A DNA stretch of 64,000 nt. Source: Octopus sinensis (lineage: Eukaryota). Below, in pieces: positions 53,540 through 64,000 of this stretch (positions within the stretch are counted from its first letter, which is position 1; the number at the start of each line of letters is the position of its first letter). The notes below the pieces were generated by a model, which saw only the letters and a program-made list of their open reading frames with translations, searched no databases and had not been told where the DNA came from. The position numbers were made by a program, and so were the translations under genes. Location of the stretch: positions 6,138,001 to 6,202,000 of the forward strand of contig NC_043009.1 of the NCBI RefSeq assembly GCF_006345805.1, in the 5' to 3' direction.

Positions 53540-54002
53540 TAAACACCACCAAATAAACTCTGTTTGGGGTACAGCAACTATGTTTTACTACTCCAATACG
53601 CTCGGAAATGAGGTCGGGTCGCACAATTTTCAGGTCATTATGGTGTAGACGGAGTGGAAATTAAAATATTGTAAACGTGATTTGGGGGCAAAATCGTATT
53701 AACCCCTTTTATACTGTGAAACAATACATATTTTGTGATACTTCTCAAGAACAGAAAGCAATTTCATGCTAACCCCTGCAAATTGTACACTCCCCCTTCA
53801 CGTTTAAACAAACAATAACTTTCATTTCGGCAATAATCCAATGCACCTTATATCAGTTGTGCCGATTCTGCCCATAAGGAATGAACAAATAATACAATGT
53901 GGCTCTAGGTGATAACACCCAGGCAACGACGGGATGCAATGCTACTTTCAATATATATATTCTTTTGTTATCACTTTATTATTATTGTCATTATTATTAT
54001 TG

Positions 54003-54037
<35 letters not shown>

Positions 54038-54979
54038 TATATATATGCATTTACACATATTTTGCTATTTGAGAGAACCATTTTGCGAATAATTAAATAA
54101 TTAAATACATGTCGTAATTGCCATAAGTAATTCTCTTTTATACTTTTTAAAATTTCTTTGTTCTAATTATCATTCTATATCCACATGGCAGTGAGCTGTT
54201 CACTTATCTTTGTCGCATCCGTTGCCCTTTTTCAAATGGTGACCTCTTACATGCCGTATTAATAATTAAATGTGCTCATTTATTTCGCTTCAGCTTTTTA
54301 TTGTCTTTATCTAAGTAGCGTCAATAGTATTGTCTCCATTTTAAAATTGTATCCAACAGCGTCGATAATTTGGTAATGGACGTGGCTGAAATAGTTTCAT
54401 TTGATTATGTTCGTATCTAGCGTACAATTAGTTCAGCTAACAATCTTGATTTCTGCTATTAACAGAAAGGAATGTTCTTAATGCTGTGATATTTTACGTT
54501 AGTATTTGGTTTTATCGACCCTAGAATGATTGAATGAGAAGTCGTCCTTGGTACAAAAAAGAAACATATGGTTTATTGCCATTGTTGTATTTTTTAAATA
54601 ACATGATACGAAATATTACTGACTACGTTATTGTTTTAGAATCGATGATTTTTTTCCATTCGAATCGGATTTTATTTAGCCACAAAAATTTGCACTCTCG
54701 TGTTCAGCATTATACGAGGAGATACTGAAATTTTCCCAGCTTTGGGTGATAAAAAATACAGGGCAATCAGTTTATGAATTTCCCCTCAGAGATTCACACA
54801 CTTATGGCAACCGCTCCTCAGTTTTTTCTAAGCCCTGTAAAAGAACTCAGAATGTTAAACCTCAAACTAGGTTTTTCACGATACCTTTAGAGTCAGGAAC
54901 TTTTCAGCATCCCCTCGAAGGATATCATATAGCTATTCAGTTGCTAATAAATTCAAAGGCGTACTCATATATTAAATTA

Positions 54980-55786
54980 CTAGCTGACGTAGCCGGATTT
55001 TCCCGGGAAAGCGGGGCTTATCCCTTGGTTCCGCTTTCATAATTGTTTCACTAATCCAATAATAGCAATACAAAGTATGTAGCCCTTAAAACGGTTTTTG
55101 TGCATTTACAGAGAATACCGAACCGTCTTACACAGGATCTTGAATTTAGGAATGCTCAAACTGTGAAGTCAGTTATGTAATTACATGAAATTAGTTACCC
55201 GATAATAAGAATTAAATAAAGCGTTCCCAGAATATATAGAACGTAGGAGGAGATACTAATAAGGTATGTATACTAAAATCGGGAAGCATGTTACGTAATA
55301 ATAGGCTAATCAGATATGAGATAATAAAAAATGAAACTGAATAACTCTCAAAAGGGCTTTTGTGCGTTTCCAGAGAATATTACTCTCAGCTGCGCTAGTG
55401 TTGGTATATTCGTGAATAAATCAAAACCGAAATAAGTTATTTGTTTATTTGTTTAAGTGTTGTACTGGATAAATAGCGAAAATATATCTAACAGTTCTAA
55501 TAATAAGAAATAAGCATACTCAATTTGATTTATACCAACTTATTTAGGAAAATGAATGGGTTATTTCCCTTGGCTGTTAAAAGGAACTAAATTAGATATA
55601 TTTAAGGATCCCTTCCAGGAGCCCTATTATGGATTTTTTTCAACAATCTCAGTATGTCATGAGGTTTCCAGACATGAGTTCTACTAATATGTCAAGTTTC
55701 ATCAAAATCGATGAAACGATGTCGTAGGAGTTATCTAACAACTCCACAAGCTCACCTATAATTAGAATCCCCACATACATAGTAGA
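54980..55786 (-). mobile_element. Non-autonomous Helitron
   Basis: On the minus strand it starts A|TCTAC and ends CAGCTAG|T, with a CCGG-GAAAAT-CCGG hairpin about 9 nt before CTAG. These are the canonical 5'-TC, 3'-CTRR, subterminal hairpin and A^T target. Confidence 0.75.
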
Positions 55787-58600
55787 TATTCATTAAATGA
55801 GAATACAATCTTATTAATTTTGTAGGCGTACGTCATAAATAGTTCAGATAGCAGATGTAAAATGAATTTTAAAAAACCTTGCTTAAGGTTACATATACCT
55901 TTCTGTATTATAGTATGAGTGAAACAAATTCATCGATTGAGAAAATCAAATTTAGATAGAACACATTCCCATATGCATTCTATTTAAATGCATTTCAGTG
56001 ACCATATTTAAAGATAGTTACATATTCAGTAATATAGAATGAAACAACAGGCAAAGTTGGAAACTATCAAACCGTTTAAAGTTGGAGTCATAATTTTCCC
56101 GTTGAATGAGTAAGAAAAGCTAACTTCAAGAAGAATCTATAATCTTGCATTTAACTGAATGGTTGTTAATTCCGATGTAATAAATGCTGGAAATAATCCT
56201 ACATGCTAATTAAAAAAAAACATTTTCTTGATAATTAGGGACCATGACCGAGATCATTACATTGCCATTCTAAATGGACGCCGCCCCATTGTAAGGTTCC
56301 ATACACATTGAATATTAATTAAATACCGGGTCCTCATCGTCGATTAATAATTTACGCTTCCATTAATCCGTATCCCAGCACCAGCCTGTACTTATTTATT
56401 AGCGTTCTACTTAGAAAATTTGTTGTATAATAATAAGAAGCAATCGTGAACTACATAAGATGCTCAATAAATATTTCAAACATTGTAAATTGTACCCCTC
56501 CCAAACACTTCGAAATAATTTTATCAGTTAACGTCTAATAGGGATACTAATAACGATAGTTAACCTTAACTATGATATTATTGAAATGCTGAAATCCAAC
56601 TTTTAATTTATTCCATATTGGGCCAAATGTTAGTGGTTTCAATTTTATTGTACATAACATGAAACAATTTTTATTCCTTTATTTGCAAATTAGCGACCGC
56701 ACCCGTACGTCATCGCTAGACTTGCTAGTAATAGAACAAATTTCATTCAAATTTTCTGCTCCTATCTTAAAACAAGAGACATTCGATAATGGCTATCTGC
56801 AAGTCCTGTGCATGGCACCTATGTAAATATTTAGAAGGTTCTGAAAGTGATACATTTCACTGGAATTGATTAGGTGTATAAATGAGAAGATTTGTAAGCG
56901 TTTCTATTATTTACAATAATGTATCTTTAAATTATGTACTAGAAAACTGAAAATAATAGTGTGTGCATGGCGGTTGACATATTCCTAAATCCATGCTGGA
57001 ATGCTTAAAAATTTAGCTGTGCAACCAATGCATTCAGATTTCTTATCCAACAGCCCAGCAGTATTGGCAAATAACGTATTCTAGGTGCTCATGTCGATCC
57101 ATACATTGTGAAGGCAAATATGTATATGAAATCTGCACTCTAGGCCATCGATAAGAATATAAATGTAATTCACCTGTACAAATATTTCGTACAAAATTCC
57201 AGGTTGCGTCTACCTGTATATTGCGCTAAATTTGACGTATGTCTTGAAAGGCAATCTCCTTGCACCATAACTCAATGAGTAGATCATTCAGACAATCAGA
57301 CAGCTGATTCCTCTTCGTCGAAACCGACGGAGAACATTCTATTAATAATATGTAATGGAAGTAAATTTTACAAGATTCTGGCGGGATATTCCTTTCTTCC
57401 AATTCAGGTAACCATTCACTGTCCCTATAATCTCCTTGATTTACAAGTCAGCATTCTTCTTCAATACAACATAAACCTGCATTAGGTTTAGTGCTAAATT
57501 CCATATTAAGTCTACGATTTAAGAAATATAAAATTAATGTACTGAGGAAAAGCACCTCCGGTTTATGATTTGTTTATTACATCGGTGCAACTGGTAAAGA
57601 AAACGCCACTTGCTGATTGGTCTAGTGCAAGTTTATCGATGTAATGAAGACGTACTGGCAACTTAGTTATCTCCCTCCAGTTATGTTCAATATTCATATA
57701 AAATTGAAATTACCAATCAACATGAATATAATAATGAAGTGATTCTGTACGTGAAAACTTTTCTGTTTCAAACCCGAGGCTTATAGCGCAAGTTATTGTA
57801 TCATTTATCGCTCAATACTTACTAAATTCTATAATGGATTAGATATAAAAAGAAGTGAAAAACGAAAATGATGATAAAATGCCTAACAGCTGCAATCGGC
57901 TTGCTAATGGAGGGTGTTGTGCACATAATAGCATACAACAAATTTATCTTAAATCATCGTGCACCTCCTTACGACGTATTAGCACCGAAAGGGCATTGTG
58001 TTCACACACAATCATCAAAAGTGTAGTTGTGAACGAGGCGAGAAACTTTAAAATTCGGTGAGTCTATTTCTCGTAATATAGCACAATGTAAGTTTGTGTA
58101 TAAAGTGAATATAAATAATAAAAACATCAGTCAGCTATTGTGAGAGAAAATAGATAATATTAGGGAACTGCAGTTATATTAGAAACTTCCATGTTTAATA
58201 CACTCAACGGAGCACAAGAAACTTATTGCAATGTATATATTTACGATGATTTAAAACGATGAATGAAACTATTTACTAGATGGTATGGCGTACATATTAA
58301 AAGTAATGTGCGTGGTGCGTTCACACAGCTACGAGACATACAGTAGAGGGATAATATATTTGTAGGATAGTTTAGAAAAATAATACAATTATTTGTATTA
58401 AATTCCTTCTTATTTCAATATGTTTGTAGCAGTGAGGAGATATTAAATTGTACCATTATAAATATTTGCACATTCTGCGTTACTCTAATAACACTATCTT
58501 CAAAGAAGCTCTATTAATTTGTTCGTGAGAATGAACACACATGCACTCAGGCAAGCACACGCTCACACATACACACACAAATATACATGAATACAAACAT

Positions 58601-58603
58601 ATA

Positions 58604-58692
<89 letters not shown>

Positions 58693-58700
58693 GATGTGTA
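58601..58700. repeat. Palindromic (CT)n-(AT)n-(GA)n microsatellite
   Basis: Read directly; the arms are reverse complements of each other. Confidence 0.9.
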
Positions 58701-58720
58701 TATATATATATATATATATA

Positions 58721-60885
58721 AATAATAAATATTAGGGAATAAATCCAAATTTACAGGGAAAAAATCAGATTTAGGATTAAATCCAATTTTATAGTAAAAT
58801 ATTATAAAATATTATTAGAGACAAAACCACTATTTTGCAAAACAAACAAGGAAAGACTTAATCAATACATAAAATTTTAATAAATAGTCAAAAAAACCGC
58901 CACTACAATCGTTTCTTGTCTTGATCGACAATCTTCAGGTGGACTTCCAATCTAAAAAATCAATATTTTAAAATATAAATAATAATTTTAAAATAATTAA
59001 AGTATGAATGAAAAAATATAAGTATATAATCCATATATAACCTATATATAATCCATATATAATCAATATATAAACAATATATAAACTAAAAAAAACCTAT
59101 CAACAATTAAATATAAACTATAAAATATAAAATATAAAATATAAAATATAAAATATAAAACAAAACAAAAAAATAATAATAATATAATAATAAACTATAT
59201 ATACACCCATACACATATACCTAATTATATATAACCATATCTAACTACATACACTAAATCACACACCTATATATATATCCCTATACATACACATAAAAAC
59301 GTCTAGGCAACTATAAATAAATAAAATAGCTAAATACTTCAACACAATACTTATTCATACTCCCACACACACACACACATACAACCCACATTCACGCTCT
59401 AGAAAACGGACATCACTCAAAACTATGAACGGAGAAATGGAATAAATGGAATTAAAAATTATATTCACTTGGTAAAAACGAACACTACTTAAAAATTATG
59501 AATGAAACAATGCAATAAAACAACAGACATCGCAAATAGACACAAATTACTATGAATTCCTTAACAAACCTATCATGATAAACCAAAAACTCATAAAAAC
59601 ATATAATGATAAAATCTCCCTTTACTAAACTCTATAACAAACCTATATAGCAATCCCCCTAACCTAAACATTCACACACAAATACACACACGTAAACCAC
59701 ACACCCACGACATATACAAATACCCACACCACTTACACATACCAATACATACATATAAACCTCAACATATACTCCAAAAACCCACTCAACCCCACACAGA
59801 CAAATAAACACAAAAATTATGAATGGATTCTTTTATAAAACTACCATGATAAGCTAAAACTCACAAAACATAAATGATAAAACCTCCCTTTACTAAACAC
59901 TATAACATACTTATATAGCAATCCCTTTAACCTATACATTCACACACAAAAACACACACGTAAACCACACACCCATAACAAATACAAACACCCACCCCAC
60001 TCACACACACCCACAAGTACATATAAGCCTCAACATATACACCAAACAAAATTACTTTACCAAGGAACTTAACATATGTATAAAAAGTATAACCGCTCTG
60101 GTAACGAACATCTCTAAATTAATGAATGGAGAAATGGAATAAATGGAATTAAAAATAATATTCACGTGGCAAAACGAACACCACTCAAAAATTATGAATG
60201 AAACAATGTAATAAAACAACCAACATCGAAAATAGACAAATTACCACGAATTCCCTAAAAAAAACCATGATAAACCAAAACTCTTAAAAACATATAACGA
60301 TAAAATCTCCCTATGCTAAACTCTATAACAAACCTATATAATAATCCCCCTAACCTAAACATTCACACACAAATACACACACGTAAACCACAGACCCACG
60401 ACTTATACACATGCCTATACTAACTTATAAACCTCAATATACACCAAAACCCACTCACTCCCCACACAGACAAATTAACACATACATCCCAAAACCTAAA
60501 TAACAAACCCATATACACATTCACACACAAACACACACACACGCAAAACACACACACACAACGGATACATATACTCCCTCACATATACGCATATACATAC
60601 TCACTAAACTCGATATATACAACAATATTTACACACCCACACTCATACAGATAAATAAATTATACAACTAAAAACTCACACACAAACTCATATACATAAA
60701 CACTCCTATGAAAACAACATTAAATACATCGTAATTAACCAGAATATCAAAAATAACAATATGACATAAGGATAAGTAAAAGACATACTTACAAGTCAGT
60801 TTCAAATTATGAAGTGAAATTAAATTCTTAGCCGTTAAAAAAATCAAACCAAAATTACGTTACCATAGAAATAACTTATATACTT
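58721..60885 (-). mobile_element. Non-coding, strand-biased element with internal repeats and a hammerhead motif (Penelope-like/retrozyme-like)
   Basis: Flanked by (TA)n on both sides; plus strand strongly A/C-rich and G-poor; repeated blocks at 59425/60122 and 59574/59845/60266; hammerhead at 58900-58942 on the minus strand. Confidence 0.6.
58900..58942 (-). ncRNA. Minimal type I hammerhead ribozyme
   Basis: Minus strand: CCAC-CUGAAGA-UUGUC-gaucaa-GACAA-GAAAC-gauu-GUA^GUGG. All core nucleotides present, perfect 5-bp stem II, 4-bp stem I, 2-bp stem III. Confidence 0.75.
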
Positions 60886-60890
60886 ATACA

Positions 60891-60926
<36 letters not shown>

Positions 60927-61478
60927 CCAGTCGAAATTGTTTTGAAAGTGAATTCAACGCTAATTTCCCAGCAGAATTTGAAATCAGTTCAAATGTAAAA
61001 GAAATCCGAAATGTGAAATATTTTGATATTTCAGCTTGTCTGTGGCGTCTGAACAATATCTGTGATCACGGAATTACTTGGTTATATCAAATATTTATAT
61101 CTACAATATGAATAAACACGTGAAACTCAAATGAAGACATGAACGATCTGATGGTCCGCAATTCATAACTGTTACTTATATATCACTCACTGAGTGGTAT
61201 ATATCTACCAGGAATATACATAAACTAAGACGGTAAAGAAGCTCAATGAAATATCCTAATATATTTTTTTCATTTCTATTCAGATTGTTTATATCATCGT
61301 CCCCTCAAACATAGACGGGACGAAGACATTCTCGCCTTCATCTTTCCTCTTAACTTTTGGGCTTCACTCTTGATAAAGAATTATCAGTTACCTGTGTCTG
61401 ATGCCCAATATATCTTAACGATAACGCATAAACCTAAATGTTCTTTGTAGGCGCTGTTCAAGCTATGGTATGAGGAGC

Positions 61479-61695
61479 AGAATCGTTAGTACGCTGGGCG
61501 AAATGCTTTGCGGTATTTCGTCCGCCGCTGCGTTCTAAGTTCAAATTCCGCCAAGGTCGACTTTGCCTTTCATCCTTTCGGGGTCGATAAATTAAGTACC
61601 AGTTACGCACTGGAGTCGATGTAATCGACTTAATACCTATGTCTGTCCTTGTTTGTCCCCTCTGTGTTTAGCCCCTTGTGGGTAATAAAAAAATA
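61479..61695 (+). mobile_element. SINE family C with 12-bp target-site duplication
   Basis: GGTATGAGGAGC at 61467-61478 and 61696-61707; B-box-like AGTTCAAATTCC; A-rich end. Confidence 0.9.
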
Positions 61696-62456
61696 GGTAT
61701 GAGGAGCCCCACTGAAAAATCAAATTTCCTTTTCAATTAATTCTAATTTTCAATTAATACTAGGAAAACATTATAATGATCATGGGGTGCTGGCGAAACA
61801 ACGAGAAGGGGAATGTTCTTCAGGTCTAGTATATTTGAATGTGGATTTTGCTCACCTCTGGTTTTAGTGAAGAAAGAAGATATCTTCGATTTGGATGACA
61901 AATGTTCGTGGCACAAAGAATTCGCCGACTTACCAGTGACTGTGCCTTGTTTTTTATCGCATGTTTTCCGCAATTGAATATACCACATGACTGAAACCTT
62001 ATTCTCCCAAGAGATCAGGCTGCTTCCGGAGTAATCAACCAACAAAATATTTGCTGATGTGTGAAGATGTCTGCCAAACATAATAATCGATGGGGTACGC
62101 GGAAAATAGCAGAGATCCAAACAGCATCCCATTCACTCTTAATACAGACCTGTGGCGAAAACAACATCAATCAGAAATTCACGTTCGAATGTCAGAACTT
62201 GTAAAGAATGAATTGGTAAGTTACGGATTATAACGGTCATAGATTAAGTTATTTAATTTGTCGTTTTGTTTCAGACACCAAATATTTATCAGTTATACAA
62301 TAATTAGTCGCTTCATAGAAACAGTACTTTTGATTTTATTTCCTTTAAAATATTTAGGGTTCTGATTTGAGGAACGTCTTGAGAAGGAAATTGATGTACC
62401 CAGCTCATTTCATTACTGATGTCGTTTCAAATTTGTATACAACCAATTCATTTTCC

Positions 62457-62830
62457 CAATGGAATGTGGATTACTTTTGTAAGAAATCTATTCAAAATTA
62501 ATATTATGATAACAAATGTGAATAAAATTAATATCATTGTAAGAAATATGATTACGAAACTTATTATGGGAAGAAATGTGATTAGTATTAATATAATAGT
62601 AAGGAATGGAACTAGAATTAATATTATGGTAACGTGAATGTGTGTGATGAAGATGAATATTAAGTTACGAAATGTGAATGAAATTAATATTATTGTAATG
62701 AATGGGGCTAAGATTACTATTAATTTAATAAACGTAACCAAGAGTGATAGTATGTTATTTAATATAGGTGAGATTAATATTACGAGATTAATAAATGGTG
62801 TGGTAAGGAATGTGATTGCGATAAATTTGA
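62457..62830. repeat. Cryptic diverged 30-bp tandem repeat (about 11 units)
   Basis: Units start at 62484, 62514, 62544, 62574, 62604, 62670, 62700, 62730, 62760; consensus approximately RAATGTGATTARRATTAATATTATKGTAAG. Confidence 0.8.
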
Positions 62831-64000
62831 TCGATTCCGGGAACACTACCATAACTGTCGAACTCTTCGTCTCTCGAGAAACGCAAACAGGTGCAACATT
62901 CGTTTCGTACCTGTGGTCATATAGATCCGTGAAATTCTCATAATGACATTGCCAAGAGGTACGTTTCTAGAAGGTAGTAAGATCTGGATCTGTAAGTATT
63001 GTATTAGGATTACACTCATACAGGAACACACACACATACAGACACACACACACACACACTCACTCTGTAACTGTCTCTCTGTCTCTCTGTCTCCCTATCT
63101 CTCCCTTTCTTTCTCTCTCTCTTTTTCTCTTAAACTTGTTTATTAATCTTGAAAATATTGGTAGTTGTGAATGATTTGGGTCCTACTTTTTAGAAGGCAA
63201 AACATTCCTGGTCCTAGGAAGGGAATATTTTTGTATTTCTCAGATTATAAAAAATAATCTCATTAAAATCGAATTAAAGATAAAATATTAGTAGTAATGA
63301 AGATTACTCCAAAACAACAGAGAACGCTGTAAACTAATGCAGAAACTGGATGTTGAGGATCACACTGAAATATATACCCAATACACCGCACTTTAATATA
63401 AAAGATCACAAATCTCATTTTAATATTAACCAAATCAGATCTGGGACGAATTAGTAAAAACATGTTAGATAGGATTATCCCTATGATGAAGGAAAACTAA
63501 ATAGTAATATATGGTTTAGCTCGGGGCTATTTATAACGTGGTTCCATCTACTACCGAATAAGCCCAATTGCTTTTTCTACAATGTGATTTTAACAATCAC
63601 TTTGCGTCCAAACCATTGGACAAAGTCATCATTTTAGCTAGAAGTTTCTCTAATATTACACCACTTGAAGTCGTTATAATACCGTTACCTAGAAAGACAC
63701 AAGAAATACGGTTGTAGATACAGAAATTCAGGACTTGAGCATAAATCTTTCTATGCAAACCAGAACCAAGTTGGTAAAAGTAAAAACCGTATCCACGACT
63801 AACACCTCCTCTACCGCTTACACACACGGTAAAAACTGTTCGTGGTGATGTTCAAACCATTACACGTTTGAATGTCTTGCAAACAACTTGCACATGCAAG
63901 TGCTATCAGTCAAAAACTCCGTATACCGGAAGCCAGCAATTATATGTGGTCATCAGGAGAGAATGTGCGTCGTTCCAGGGCCTACCTTACGACGGCATCA

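Noticed and set aside
59000-60750. Nuclear copy of the mitochondrial control region (suggested by the A/C-rich, G-poor strand)
   Set aside because: No adjacent mitochondrial tRNA, rRNA or CDS; the hammerhead and (TA)n flanks fit a retroelement better. A BLAST against mtDNA would settle it.
62484-62830. Cys/Tyr-rich EGF/DSL-like protein read with TAA/TAG as Gln (alternative genetic code or contaminant)
   Set aside because: TGA stops occupy the same repeat positions, and the flanks carry host SINEs and microsatellites; the stops are part of the repeat consensus.
63951-63957. CTGATGA on the minus strand as another hammerhead (also near 37194-37200)
   Set aside because: No GAAA-stem III-NUH at a suitable distance.

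Overview
Repeat-dense, AT-rich eukaryotic DNA, either intergenic or a very large intron. I could not identify a host protein-coding gene with confidence. The tRNA-derived SINE families and the dense (AT)n/(GATA)n compound microsatellites resemble, from memory, an octopus (coleoid cephalopod) genome; that is an inference, not a database match. Almost all ORFs in the supplied track are microsatellite or SINE artefacts. The only long real coding sequence is a 5'-truncated L1/Tx1-type LINE ORF2 (27640-29963, RT plus zf-RVT). It is broken by a single 1-nt deletion and sits inside a (TCTA)n array, which suggests GATA-microsatellite targeting. Other mobile DNA: about 25 SINE copies or fragments of 3-4 modular families, five mariner relics, RTE, CR1/L2 and Ty3/Gypsy RT fragments, and a non-autonomous Helitron with canonical ends. 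The best unexpected signal is a complete minimal type I hammerhead ribozyme fold on the minus strand (58900-58942). It lies inside a 2.2-kb, strand-biased, internally triplicated element (Penelope-like or retrozyme-like). Family labels A-D are my own working names, and boundaries of degenerate elements are approximate.
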